This document shows, one piece after another, positions 11,629-24,214 of a DNA stretch of 64,000 bases (positions are counted from its first letter, which is position 1; every line of letters begins with the position of its first letter). The notes under the pieces were generated by a model. The model ran no database searches. It saw nothing but the letters and a program-made list of their open reading frames with translations, and was not told the origin of the DNA. A program made the translations under genes and the position numbers. Source of the stretch: Felis catus (lineage: Eukaryota); assembly GCF_018350175.1 (NCBI RefSeq), contig NC_058368.1, positions 11,532,001 through 11,596,000 of the forward strand, written 5' to 3'.

Positions 11629-14164
11629 CAGGCATACTTTGTCTGATTGGGCTTCATCTTACTGCCCTTTGCAGATACGGTTTGTTTTCGTTTTAACAAA
11701 TTGATGGTTTGTGGCAACTCTGTCAAGCAAGACTTGGTGCCATTTTTTCCAACAGCATTTACTCACTTTGTGAGTATGTCACATTTTGGTGATTCTCACA
11801 ATATTTCTACCTTTTCACCACATTTTTTGATGGTCTTTTATCAGTAATCTTTGATGTTACTATGGTAATGTCTCGGGGTGCCACAAGCTTAGCCCACAAA
11901 ATAAAAAACTACCAGTAAATGTCGGATGTATTCTGACTGTACCACCAACAAGCCATCCCCCCCATCTCTCTCACTCTCCTCAGGTCTCCCTTCTGCCTGA
12001 GACACAATATTGAAATTATGTCAGTGAGTAACCCTACAGTAGCCTCTAGGTGTTCAAGTGAAAGGACGAGTCACTCACCTCTCACTTTAAGTCAAAAGCT
12101 AGAAATGATAGAGCTCAGTGAGGAAGGCATGTCAAAAGCCGAGATAGGCCCAAAGCTAGGTCTCTCGTGCCAAAGAGGTAGCCAAGTTGTGAGTGCAAAG
12201 GAAAGGTTCTCAAAGGAAATTAAAAGTGCTACGCCAGTGAAGACACAAATAAGAAAGTGAAATAGCCTTATTGCAGATACGGAGAAAGTTTAAGTGTCTG
12301 GATAGATCAAACCGGCCACAATATTCCCTTAAGCCAAAGCCTGATCCAGAGCAAGGCCCTAACTCTAATTCTATGAAAGCAGAGAGAGGTAAGGAGGCTA
12401 CACAAGTTTAAAACCAGCAGAGGTGGGTTCAGGAGGTTTAAGGAAAGAAGCCATCTCCGTAAAAGTGCAAGGTGAAGCTGTAAGCACTGGTGTAGAAGCA
12501 ACAGCAAGTGATCCAGAAGATCTGCCTAAAATAATTCATGAAGGTGGCTACACTACACAACAGATTGTCAATATAGACAAAACAGCCTTCTGTTGGAAGA
12601 AGAGGCCATTGAGGACTTTCAGAACTAGAGAGAAGTCAATGTGTGGCTGACTCTCTGGCTACGGGTCAATGCAACTGGTTCGAGACTGAAGGCAATGCTC
12701 ATTTATCATTCTGAAAATCCTAGGGCCCTTAAGAATTATGCTAAATGTCCTCTGCCTGTGCTCTGTAAATGGAACAATAAAGCCCGGATGGCAGCACATC
12801 TGTTTACAACATGTTCTACTGAACATTTCAGGCCCACTATTGAGACCTACTGCTCAGAAAAAGATCCCTTTCAAAATATTACTGCTCACGGACAATGTAC
12901 CTGGTCACCCAAGAAACCTGATGGAAACGTACAATGACATTAAGGTTCTTTTCACACCTAACATACAATCCATTCTACAACCCATAGATAGAGGAAGAAT
13001 TCTGACCTTCAAATCTTAAATACACTTCTAGCATCTAACTTCGGCTCAGGTCATGATCTCACAGTTTGTGGGTTCCAGCCCTGTATCGGGCTCTGTGCTG
13101 ACAGCTCAGAGCCTGGAGTCTGCTTCAGATTCTCTATCTCCCACTCTCTCTGCCCCTCCCCTGCTTGTGCTGCGTCTCGGCCTCTCAAAAATGAATCAAT
13201 GTCATTAAAAAAATTAAGAAACACACTTCATACGGCTATAGCTGTCATAGTTGTGACTCCTCTGATGGATGTGGGCAAAGTAAATGGAAAGACTTCTGAA
13301 AAGGATTCACCATTCTAGATGCCAGTAAGAACATTCGTGATTTATGAGAAGATACCAACATCACTAGGAGTTTGGAGGAAGTTTGTTCCAACCCTCATGG
13401 ATGACTTTGAGGGATCCAAGACTTCAGTGAAGGAAGTAACTGCAGATATGGTGGAAATAACGAGAGAACTGGAGTTAAGAGTGGAGCCTCAAGATGTGAC
13501 CGGATTGCTGCAATCTCATGAGAAAACTTTAATGGAGGAGCAATTGCTTCTGATGAATGAGCAATAAAAATGGTTTCTTGTGATGGAATCTACTCCTGGT
13601 GAAAATGCTGTGAATATTGTTGAAATGACAATGAGGAATTTAGAGTATTATGTCAACTTAGTTGATAAAGCAGCTGTATAGTTTGAGAGGATTGACCCCA
13701 ATATTGAAAGAAGTTCTACTGTGGGTAAAATGCTATCACATGCTACAGAGAAACTATTTATGAAAGGAAGAGTCAATGGATGGGGCACAAACTTCACTGT
13801 TATCTTATTTTAAGAAATTACCACAGCCACACCAACCACCCTAATCAGTCAGCAGGCAAGCACAATCCTAATCAGCGAGCAGCCATCAACATCAAGCCAA
13901 GACCTTCCCAGCAAAAATTACAACTCACTAAAAGCTCAGATGATGTCTAGCACTTTGCAACAATAAAGGGATTTTGAATTAGGTATATACATTTTTGTTA
14001 GTAATAATGCTATCGCACACTTAAGAGACTACAGTATAAATCACAGTATATGTAAACACAGCTTTTATATGCACTAAAAAAAAAAATTCATTTGACTCAC
14101 TTTATTGAGATACTTAACTGTGGTGGTCTGAAACTGAACCTGCCATAGCTTTAAGGTATTCACA
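11629..14164 (+). mobile_element. Tigger1 (TcMar-Tigger) DNA transposon, near full length, decayed transposase
   Basis: TA + CAGGCATAC left end at 11627-11637; transposase remnants ([43 protein letters not shown]) broken by frameshifts; degenerate right end 'gaacctgccatagctttaaggtatt'. Confidence 0.92.
13030..13218 (+). mobile_element. 5'-truncated Can-SINE nested in Tigger1
   Basis: ttcggctcaggtcatgatctcacag body; TSD aaatacacttc / aaacacacttc. Confidence 0.9.
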
Positions 14165-14305
14165 TGATTTGTCCATAATCATACATCTGCCACACCCAGG
14201 ATTTTAAATTAGGTAGTAAGACTTCACAGCCTGCTCCTAAATGTTATACCTCTCAATTCCATCTGCCCCATAGCTAAATGTAGAAATCTAAAAGTCATTT
14301 ATTTC

Positions 14306-14521
14306 AGGGTGCCTGGGTGGCTCAGGCAGGTGAACGTCCAATTCTTGGTATCAATTTAGGCCACGATCTCATGGTTTTGAAGTTTGAACCCTGTGTGGGG
14401 TTCTGTGTGGACAATGAGGAGACTCTTGGGATTCTCTCTTTCCCTCTTTCTCTGCCCCTCCCCTGCTCCTGATCTCTCTCTCTCTCTCTCTCTCGCTCTC
14501 AAAATAAACTTTAAAAAAAAA
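14306..14521 (+). mobile_element. Can-SINE
   Basis: Head, (CT)n, A tail; TSD aaagtcatttatttc on both sides. Confidence 0.92.
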
Positions 14522-15084
14522 GTAGGAAAATCAAAGTCATTTATTTCTGCATCATCCACTTCCAATCCTGTATAACTCCAACATTATCTCGAATTGATGT
14601 ACTTCCCTCCATCTCCATGGCCACCACCCTTGTCTGAGCCACCATTTTGCCTGTGCATTCGTGAACCTCCTAAGTGGTCTCCCACCTTCCACTCTACCTG
14701 GTCTTTCCCTGACAGAGAGAGTTTTTTAAAGTAAGAATCTGATGTCATGTCTTGTTGAAACTGCTTCATGGGCTGCCATAGGCTTGCTAAGGCCAAAAGA
14801 ACTGTTTGTAACTTGAGCCCTGTCTTCTCCAGCTTCTGTCCTACATTAGTCTTAGGGGCTCCTATTCCTGGGCCATGCCAAGAACGTGGCCTACCTGCTC
14901 AGATCAGAGACTTGGCGCTTTCTGTTCCCTTGGGTCAAGACCATCTTCTTTTCTCTAAGCTCCCTTATCCTGCAGGTCTCCATTCTCATGCTGCCTCATC
15001 CCAACCACCCTACCTAAAAGCTCACTCTATCACAGCACTGTTCCCTTCACAGCACTTACCACATTTGAATCTGAAAAAAATACA

Positions 15085-15210
15085 TATATCTTATATGTAC
15101 ACATATATAGGTGTATTTATAGGAGTATATATATGTATACATACGTATATATACATACACACGTATGTATGTATATATACATGTATAAATATACGTACGT
15201 GCATATATAT
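15085..15210. repeat. Degenerate (TA/CA/TG)n low-complexity tract
   Basis: Alternating purine-pyrimidine run 'atatatgtatacatacgtatatatacatacac'. Confidence 0.8.
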
Positions 15211-15603
15211 GCAGTAGTTCAAGCTATGGAGCAAGTCAGAGTCCATGTGGGTTCAAATCCTGGCTCTACACTTTGATCTCTCTGTGGCTCCCTCTCCTTA
15301 TCTCTTAAGAGGGGGTATAATAGTTTGCACTTAATATGGCTGCTATAATGAGTTACAATCCATAGCACATAATAAATGCTGTTTAAGCATTTGCTACAAT
15401 TATTATGTATAGCTGAAGGCCAGGACCTTGCCCCTCATCATCTCTGTATTTCCAGTGCTTAGAACAACCAGCTGATAAAAGTTTGTCAAATGACTATTGT
15501 TCCCTTCATGTAAGTGACAGTATCTACCATTTCCCAATACTGTATGGATGTTTTTACCCCGAGATCACCAATTAATGTGCCTTCATGGTCTATTTTACAT
15601 GCA

Positions 15604-15614
15604 TTTATTTTATT
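15604..15614 (-). promoter_or_regulatory. ZAR1L: Overlapping AATAAA polyadenylation signals of ZAR1L
   Basis: Plus-strand tttattttatt = minus-strand AATAAAATAAA, about 150 nt after the stop codon. Confidence 0.7.
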
Positions 15615-15764
15615 CTACTCACACTGTACATTGTTAAGCAACCTACAAAAAGTACAAAAGCCTAGTCCATTTTCCAATACCAGGTCAGAGCTAAGTTGCA
15701 AAAAAGGAACAGTACCGTAAGTTACAAGGAAAGTTTGGGTGTCCTGTACAAGTCATACTGCCTG

Positions 15765-15908
15765 TCACATGATGTATTTAAAGCTGTAAGTATTGCCACA
15801 GGAGAATCTCTTGTCTTTGCAGCGACCACACAGTTCCTGTCGATGCGGCCTCCTTAGATCAATGTGTCTTTTCTTTTGAGGACAGGAACAACGAGACTTT
15901 GAACAGGT
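15765..15908 (-). CDS. ZAR1L: ZAR1-like protein, last coding exon (zinc-finger C-terminus, TGA stop)
   Basis: Acceptor ttttctaaag|; translates TCSKSRCSCPQKKRHIDLRRPHRQELCGRCKDKRFSCGNTYSFKYIM*. Confidence 0.96.
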   Translation of the reverse strand, partial: TCSKSRCSCPQKKRHIDLRRPHRQELCGRCKDKRFSCGNTYSFKYIM

Positions 15909-16889
15909 CTTTAGAAAACAAGGAACAGTTTGGACACTAAATAATTAAATCAGTGTTTCAAATATAATCCTCAAATTAAAATACTTCTCCCCACCATCCC
16001 TATCCTTGATATCGTCATCTTCCTTTGAGTCCTATGAGAAGTCCTAGACCAAGTTGTACAGAGATACTCACATCCCATTAAATGCTATGCATTTTTCAAG
16101 AACAAAGAGCAAAGATGGTATTTGAGACAATACTGCTAAGCCAACCAAGAGGATCTCATGACAGAAAAAGGTTTGAGAAGTTAGAGTTTATAGAATTTCT
16201 TCACTAATAGGTTTTTACATCTGTAGCCAGGTAGGGGTGAGAGGCAGTGAGTAAGTATTAAGCGATTTGATTATCTAGGCTGGAATATTTGAAAGCATTA
16301 GAGCAGCGTCTCAACCAGCTGTACTGTACCCACCAGCAGACATCTGGCAATGTCTGGAGATGCTTTTTGGTTGTCACAACTAGGGGGAAGGGTACTGTAG
16401 AGGAAGCTAATTCTCTTCTTGCTCCAGAAATGCCTTACCTTCACTATAAAGTGTTCTTAACCATTATCACATTCGGTCTTCTGATAAATAAAAATTAAAA
16501 AAAAAAAAATCACACCCCATGGAGACCAGTATACTGCCCTCGTACACCCTCTCAACCCTGCTTATCTTTAAAATTGACCACTGCTCTATTTTCTGCACGT
16601 GACCATAGCTAAAAAAAGTCAAGCTTTACAATTTATATTGTGGAACTAGGAATCTTCATTTTGCCAATCAAAGTCTAAATTATTTATGAAACATTGTACA
16701 TTTATAACTTCCACTCTTCCAGTGACAAGTATGCATCCTTATAAGAAAATTCTAGTAGCTACTATTCACATGGTGTTTGCTGCATGCACTATTCTAAGTA
16801 CTTTATATAAATTTATTTAATCCTCACAATACTCTTACTGTGGAAAAAATAAATAAAAATATAAATAAATAAGGATTTACTCTAAAGGT

Positions 16890-19200
16890 AGGTTTCTGTT
16901 TCTGGCAATGGTGTACTAGGTAGTTTTGACCAAGCCACGTGCTTAGGATAACTAGAAAAGCTGAGCTAAAGAAATAACTTTTAAAAATAACTATTTGAAG
17001 CACTACAGAATTATCAAAGCATTAGAGAAAGAAACCCAGAAGTGGAGGGGAGCCTGACATTTAGGACTATTTCCTCCCTAAAGGTCTGCCAATTCTGGAA
17101 GAAATGAAGGACAGTGAAAAGCTGAAAGGAAGTTTAACAATGTAGCTGATGGATAATCTTAAATATGCCAAAATGGGAAAGACCTGGTAAACAGTTCAGG
17201 TTTTGTGTTGGGACCCTGAAAGGTTACAACCTAAGAATAAAGATGAACCAAAAATTGACCAGCTTTTACAGATGCTAAAGCCCAGTTTCAAAATAGCTCA
17301 ACCCTGTTTAGAAAATAGCAATCTAATTGTTAATGTCCTTATCTTCCCACCAGAAGCAAGCAAATCTTCTGTGAAGGAAGATACTATCCTAGGCCTCAAA
17401 TTATCACTGTAATTCTTCATATTCACTAGTCAACACTCAATCAAAAATAATCATATGAGGTACATGAGGAGATATAACAACAAATTTGAAAAACATGGAA
17501 AATGACAATGACAGCAACAGAACCATAGAGTATTAAGTTAATGGAGTTAAGTAGTACAGATTTTAAGATAATTATGCTTAACATGTTCAAAGAAAGAAGA
17601 CTGGTAAGTTCAGCAGAAAACTGGAAGTTATTTTTTAAAGACAAAAATTATAGCACTGAAAATAGAGTAATTTAAATCAACTCAACAGATGGATTTAATA
17701 GCAGATTGGAAATAGCTGAAGAAAGAATTAGAGAAACGGAAGACAGAGTGAGAGATGGGGCACTACGGGGTAAAATGTCCATTGGCTGATGTTTTTCCCC
17801 CCCCTCTTATGGAACCTTGAAGCATCAACATTTTGGCAAAACCTTAAGCTAATTCTGTTTAAATGTGATCATTACATAGCACTGACTGAGTACTTGAAAT
17901 TTGCAAACAGGGAGGAGTTACTGAGACTGTAATGTTATGCCTCTTTATTTAAAAGTGTGTGCTAAGATACAAATGATTATGAGGGACATAGGTGAAATAA
18001 GTTTCCTTTAGTGTAAGTTTCTTAGCATTTTAACAGATCTCATTCAAGGGCCTATCTTACAGCCTTATTCCACTGGTTGCTTCAAATGTGAAATAGACCT
18101 ACCTGATAAAATCCTTTCACTCTTTATCTTGTAACTTTGAGAAGCTATTTAACCTCTAAGTTTTCATTTCTAAAAGGGAGATAAAGAGCATTAACCTCAG
18201 AGGTTTTGTAAAATACATTTTTAAAAATTTTTTTAGGTTTATTTTAGTAGATGATATACAAACTGGAGCAAAGGGGGACAAAAGCATAGGAAATACAGAA
18301 AAGAACATAAAAGGCATAAGGGATACGGTTAAAGGTCTAATATGAGTAACTGGAATAGAGAGATAATGGGGGTGTAAGTAATATTTTAAGAGATTATAGC
18401 TGATAATTTTCCAAAAGAGGTAACAATCTTCAAGCTATAGATTCAAGAAATGCTATGAATCTCAACCAGATAAATACAAAGAAACCACAACTAGGCATCT
18501 AACTGTAAAACTACCGAAAAACAAAGCAGAGAGAAAGATCTTAAAAGCAAGTAGATTTAAGAAGGGGAATTAGTAATGCTAATAACCAACTTCAAAAACA
18601 ATAAAGGTCATACCCTTAAAGAGCAGAAAGAAAACTACTGCCAACCTAAAAATTCTATACCCAGCAAAATTATCCTTTAAACCATCATCCAGGCAAAAGA
18701 GGATGTGTCACCTTCAGACCTGTGCTACAGTAAATATTAAAACATATTCTTCATGTAAAAGAAAAGTGGTCCCAGATACAAAAAGGAATGAAGAGCAGCA
18801 GAAAGGAAATATGTGTACCTAAAGCTAAATGAATGACTATATAAAATAACGCCTTACGATGTTTAAAATTAAAATATACAACAGTAGTATATAAATTAGG
18901 ATGAGGTGATAAGGAGTTAGAGTGTTCTAAGTTCATTGTATTGTCAAGGAGAGGTATTATTAATGATTTATGCAGACTTTGATAGGTCAAAGAATCATGT
19001 TGGAACGTCTAAGGTAACTGCCAGAAGAATAGCAAACAATGAATAACTACCAAGATAATAAATAGAGATGGGAAATTATTTTTTTATTTAAAAAAAGTCA
19101 CTTCAATGGAACACAAGAGAAATATAAGAAAATATATTTAAACCTACATTATATTCAACATAAACAGAATAAATGAGAATGTCCAACTAGAAAACATAAA
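16890..19200 (+). mobile_element. Ancient L1 (L1M-type) 5'/ORF1 region within ZAR1L intron, interrupted at about 17750-18245
   Basis: ORF1-like sequence 'gatggatttaatagcagattggaaatagctgaagaaagaattag' and 'ctgccaacctaaaaattctatacccagcaaaattatcc'. Confidence 0.7.
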
Positions 19201-19619
19201 GGTAAACCATTCATAAACTGTTAGACTAGTTTTTTAAATATTTATTCCTAAGTAGGACAAAAAATATTTTTAAGTGAAGGATTGAGATCTTAAAAATGTC
19301 TCAGTTATGAAAACCAACTATGCCATACTTCTCTGAAAAGTTTAAAAAGAGGTCTCCTACAAGGTGTTTTAGAGACCTAATTCTGTGACTTCCTAGACCC
19401 TGGACACACCATAAAATATGACCAAAGTTCTAATATTTACTACTTGCTTACACTTGGGCAAATTATTTCTTCATCAACTTTAGCCTTCTGGTCTGGAACA
19501 TGGGGATAACACCTACCTCAAAGTTTAGATTACAGGAGATAATGCATGTAAAGCACTTAGCCCAAAGTCTGGTACATAGTAAAAGCTTAATACAGGTTCC
19601 CTATTAAGTTACTACCTCC

Positions 19620-19712
19620 ATATGGGATTACTGAAACACTATATCATACACCTGAAATTAATGTAACACTATATGTTAACTAACTGGGATTAAAATTTAA
19701 AAACTCAAAAAA
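19620..19712 (+). mobile_element. Very short carnivore L1 3' end
   Basis: 'tacacctgaaattaatgtaacactatatgttaactaactgg' + A tail; TSD aagttactacctcca / aaattactacatcca. Confidence 0.8.
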
Positions 19713-19990
19713 AATTACTACATCCAAATTACACAAAGGGTGTTTGATAAACATATATGGCCCATACATAAATATACCGTATAAAGCAACTTAAGAGTCA
19801 ATGTCTCCTCTCCTACACCCCCCAAAATCCAGAATTTATTTTTCTAAAATGTTATAAAAATTCAAGGTATAGAAAACTTAACATTCCTATTCAAATACCC
19901 AATCTATCAAATCCTAACATTTTGCCACAGAAGCTTCATATTTAAGAATGGTAACCTTATAGACTCAATAAAAGTGCTCTACATGCTTAC

Positions 19991-20065
19991 CTGACATTGG
20001 ATTGCTTCTACTCGGTAAGGGTTAAAACTCTTTTGGCATTTGCAACACAGTTGTTTGAAATAAAC
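19991..20065 (-). CDS. ZAR1L: ZAR1-like protein, coding exon 3
   Basis: ctttag|...|gtaagc, 75 nt, VYFKQLCCKCQKSFNPYRVEAIQCQ. Confidence 0.96.
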
Positions 20066-21590
20066 CTAAAGAGAAATAAGGGGTTTTTATATATACATAT
20101 ATATACACACACAAGATTATATGTACCTTAGGCTCCCAGTTCTTAAGTAATCTCTTCCCCACTTTGTGCCCTGCTTTTGCCCAGCCTCTACCCTGAGGTC
20201 TTAAGTAGTGCTATCAGTCCCTTTTTCTCACTCTTTGAACCTCATTTCCTTACCTGTAAAATTGAGATACTACCACTTGCTTTTTCTATAATTCTGGCAA
20301 CCATTAATGTACACAAAGTACCACAGTAAAAATCTTCAATGGGAAGTAACTATTATAATTTTATTCATTGCATGAAGGCCAAACCCTCGACCTTTGCTTT
20401 CTGTCTTAGTCTATTAGCTTCTACTTTTTCATTTTCTCATTATTTCCCCACTTGAACTTCAAATTATTTATAGTTACCACCCACACATATTGTTTCTCAA
20501 CTCTGCATTCTCTGGTGCACAGTTTCTCCCTGCTTCAGTTGGTGAACTCCTCCTAGTTAGCCTCAAAAATCCTGCCTGGACATCATGATGCCTTCCCTCT
20601 GACAGGGTTAATCAGCCGCCTCCTGTGTTATTTCTGCATCACTTCCAGGACACAAATGCCACTGTGTCTATCACCACATTGCATCTTATCTCCTAGGAGA
20701 ATAAATTTCTTAAGGAGGAGTCCTAGGTCTTGTTCCTTTTATCCTAGCATCTCAGAGCGTGTTCATTAAACCCACTGTTTTTCTTCTGGCATAGTATAAA
20801 AACCTATTTGCTTCCAGGGTCTAGTAAATGGCTAATATGAAAAGTCAAGTTTTCATTCAGGTCTTAGCACACCTCCTTACCCGCTCCTTCTACAGGCCTT
20901 TAGCCAGAAAAGCAGTACCTAAAACGTGAAAGCACAGGGGACTCCAACTCAAATGCTTGTTGAAGTTAATGAGATAGACCAGATGTCAGCTGTTGCAAAA
21001 TGAAGTGCACAAGCCCTGTCAAAGGAGAGAGAAGCTGCTTCGCCCCAGCCTACTGTTTTCATCGCGTCTATAGCGACCAGAGTCTAATCAGGAAACTGGA
21101 AATGCAGATCATAAAGTCTTTCCCAATCTTAATGCGTTGACAACTAATTCAATTGAGAGAAAAACTGCTTAGCCTACACAAGTCTGTCCAAGGCGAACCT
21201 TTACAATAAATTATTTCTCTTATAGCTCCACCTTGTGGACAAACTGTGGAAATTGCCTAGAGCCAAGGTCTCAACAGGTTCAAAACACACCAACTAAAAA
21301 ATGATTATAGACAGTTCCACCGGACACAAGAGTTCACCGAAATAACATGCAATTCTGTTCCGCAGAACTAACAAGCTAAATGTAACACCAGTTCTGAGAG
21401 CCTCAAGTGTTCATGTGGACAGTCCAATTCAGTTCAGTTCAAACATTAACCACGTACCGATAAAGTGCCTGGCACGAAGGATGCCAAATGAATGAGACAG
21501 CATTGTGGTCACGTTCCATTAGGAAATGCTCTCCCTCTAACATCTGTGTCTGCCCCATCCTCCTCCCATGTCCCGCTCACTTTTACTTAC

Positions 21591-21683
21591 CTTATTAGTT
21601 CCAGAAATGCACCACACATAAGCACTCTCCCATCTGGTCTTACAATCTTTACAGTGAAAATAGCCATATTTTGGTTCCAAAAA
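21591..21683 (-). CDS. ZAR1L: ZAR1-like protein, coding exon 2
   Basis: ctgcag|...|gtaagt, 93 nt, FLEPKYGYFHCKDCKTRWESAYVWCISGTNK (ZAR1 family 3CxxC zinc finger). Confidence 0.96.
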
Positions 21684-21774
21684 CTGCAGATAAGGGGGAA
21701 AAGTCTTTTACAATCTTTGGGGGGAAAGCCAGATCCTCTTTCCTTGTGGCTTTGTATAAAAAAACAAAAAGCCC

Positions 21775-21895
21775 GGCCACCTGAGTGGCTCAGTTGGTTA
21801 AGCATCCAACTCTTGATTTCAGCTCAGGTCATGATCTCACAGTTTGTGAGATTGAGCCCCACATCAGGCTTCACACAGTGGAGGTCCTGCTTGGG

Positions 21896-21935
<40 letters not shown>

Positions 21936-21998
21936 CCCCCCCTTCTCCCACTTGCACACTCTCTCTCGCTCAAATTAAATGAATAAACTTGAAAAAAC
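21775..21998 (+). mobile_element. Can-SINE in ZAR1L intron (antisense to ZAR1L)
   Basis: Head, long (CT)n, TSD aaaaaacaaaaagc. Confidence 0.9.
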
Positions 21999-22439
21999 AA
22001 AAAGCTTCCTTAACTTCACTCATACCTATCCTCAAGGCTACTATGCTAATTTAGCATTTCATTGCTCAGGGATTACTCTGAGATTCTTATTTCTCCTGTC
22101 TTTCAAACTTTTCTAACGTTCTTTCAACAATGCCACCAGCACAATCTCCCCCAAAAGAAAATCTGGTCACATATTTGGCAGACCTGAAACCCCATCTTAT
22201 CTCCTCATTCCCAATAGCAATGGTTACCAGACTTCTGAGTTTCACATGCTTAAAGTTAGCACCCTATTCTACCAAAAAGTGACAAAACATATAGGCTATT
22301 TAAAACATGTTATCAGAACTACCTCTCCTTCGTCAAGTATAAAGTGAAAGATTTTTTTCCTCTGTTACCCCAGAAATGGAAAGGAGGAAAGAGAGGATAA
22401 GGCGAGCGGAGGACTGAGGACAGGGAGGAGAAAATTCAC

Positions 22440-23105
22440 CTGGAAGTTGGGTTTCCGGAGCAGATCTGCTCCACCGACTCCCTGTGTCTGCTTGCTCTTC
22501 CCTTCCTGAGGGTTTGGGGTACCTTCCTCCCCCAACCCATGCTGGCAAGGCTCCTCCTGTTTGTCCTCTTCAGACCTTGGCATTGGTGGTGACTGCTGCT
22601 GCTGCTGCTGCTGGCTGGCCTCCGCAGGACCCAAAAGTGCCTTCCTCTCCTGGTCTTCCCCCTCCTTTCGCGGCTGGATCAAGCCCCTGCGACCTATCAC
22701 TGGTGAATAGACTCCCCAGGCCGGCAGGGGTACCTTGTGACCTGAGCCGCTCCAAGGGGAGCGGCTGCGCAAGGTGCGAGAACCCAGCGAGCACTGCACG
22801 GACTTGTCCACCCGCGGACTCACCTGCACCCCCACCTCCTTGGTGTTGGCCTTGCAAAGCCGCAGGCTCAGGCTGGGGTTCATCTGGGAGAGAATGGCCT
22901 TAAGCTGCGCCCTCTTGTAAGGGTCCATACAGTAGTCAGAGGCATTTGCGGGCACCAGCAACCCAGGCCTGGCCAGGAAAGTGGGGGGACCAGTGTTTCG
23001 CCTCCAGTCAGGCTGTTTGTGTTCATAGAGTCCTGGCTGGCCCAAAGGCATCGTATTCCCATAGCCCTGGTACAAGCCACAGGGAACGCGGACAAAGCGT
23101 TCCAT
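22440..23105 (-). CDS. ZAR1L: ZAR1-like protein, first coding exon (222 codons)
   Basis: ATG at 23105: MERFVRVPCGLYQGYG...DPYKRAQLKAILSQMNP...KEVGVQVSPRVDKSVQCSLG...KPNFQ|gtgaat; four phase-0 exons give 325 aa. Confidence 0.95.
22593..22613 (-). repeat. ZAR1L: Coding (CAG)7 poly-glutamine tract
   Basis: Plus strand (ctg)7; EASQQQQQQQSPP. Confidence 0.95.
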
Positions 23106-24004
23106 CTGCTCACCCAGCACCCAGGCACAGCACAAACCCCAGTGCGCTTTGTCTCCTTGTTTTGCCTTCCACCTTCATCCACCCTTCTTTTTCCTGATCA
23201 AGTTAGTTTAGGTCCATTCCAAGCTTCTCCATTTATTTCAGGTTCTGATGGGAGCTGCTGCCTATTTCCCTAATTAAAGGAGGACAGGAGATCTACCCAT
23301 CCACAGAGGTCTAATGTCCACCTGATACCTATTTGCTCTTCCTAGCCCTTCAACTCCCTCCTCCCGAATCTTTCTTCAAAGCTGTTTTTCATTTAGACTT
23401 CTTACACACACACGTGCTTTCATTAGCATGATTTGAGCATACTAGAAGAGTATATGGAAGTAAGTATATCACAGCAGAGTTAATGAATGTAAAGGCCCTG
23501 GTACCACAGGAGCAAAGAGAATAAAGTTATGGGGGGGAGGTGTATGTGGTGAGAAAATGTACTTCAGGAGGTTGTACTGTATGCCAACAGCTCTCATTAA
23601 GTCATTCCTACTGAGGGCCACTGTCCCAAAAGGTGAAAAAAGCAAATTGTTCTGATTTAGAGGGTAAATGGAAACTTAATCACAGGATAGTTAGGTATCC
23701 GAAATCAAAAGGACTTGAACTGAAACCTGGGCCTTGTTACCAGGCAAGTTACTTAACCAGGTGATTTGGTTTCCCCATCTGACAATACTAATTTATAGGA
23801 TTATTACAAGATTAAATGTGGTATTACCTATAAAGCACAAAGCAGAGTAACTCATGAGTGTTAAGTGGTAACTCTAACTGGGTAAGGATCAGAGCTGTGT
23901 GTTCCTTTGCTATTTAGACCTAGATGATCCTAAACTTTGCTATCTGTACTGGTAAGGCTTCCTGCTAGAACAAAAGAAAAGGATCAAACTAAAACGACAC
24001 TTAC

Positions 24005-24214
24005 GTAACCAAGAAGAGCCCACCCTTTGTCTAATCTAAGGTTGTTTCATTGTTTACTGCTCAAGAGCTTTGTGACAGCAGCAAGGTCTATAAGCAGCTC
24101 TCACACCAGAATCCAGAAAATTTAGGTTATACCAGCCAGCCGTAATTAAGCTTCCTGCTACCCAGGTCACAGACCCTGTGAACGATGGGGAGAGATTCCA
24201 GTCTTTCAAGGCGA
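24005..24214 (-). other. ZAR1L: Putative non-coding 5'UTR exon of ZAR1L
   Basis: Minus-strand acceptor ctgttttgtgcctttctttaag| and donor TAC|gtaagt; matching downstream acceptor ctcctgtcctcctttaattag| at 23269. Confidence 0.6.

Noticed and set aside
12018..13567. ORFs resembling TIGD1/CENP-B-like transposase
   Set aside because: Fragmented by stops, frameshifts and a SINE insertion; a decayed Tigger1, not a gene
14768..15217. 149-aa ORF downstream of ZAR1L
   Set aside because: Built from L2-like sequence and a TA/CA low-complexity tract
22365..23135. ORF-track ZAR1L extension (MCCAWVLGEQ N-terminus and VNFLL... C-terminus)
   Set aside because: Starts at a non-ATG codon and runs through the donor at 22439; the supported exon is 23105-22440
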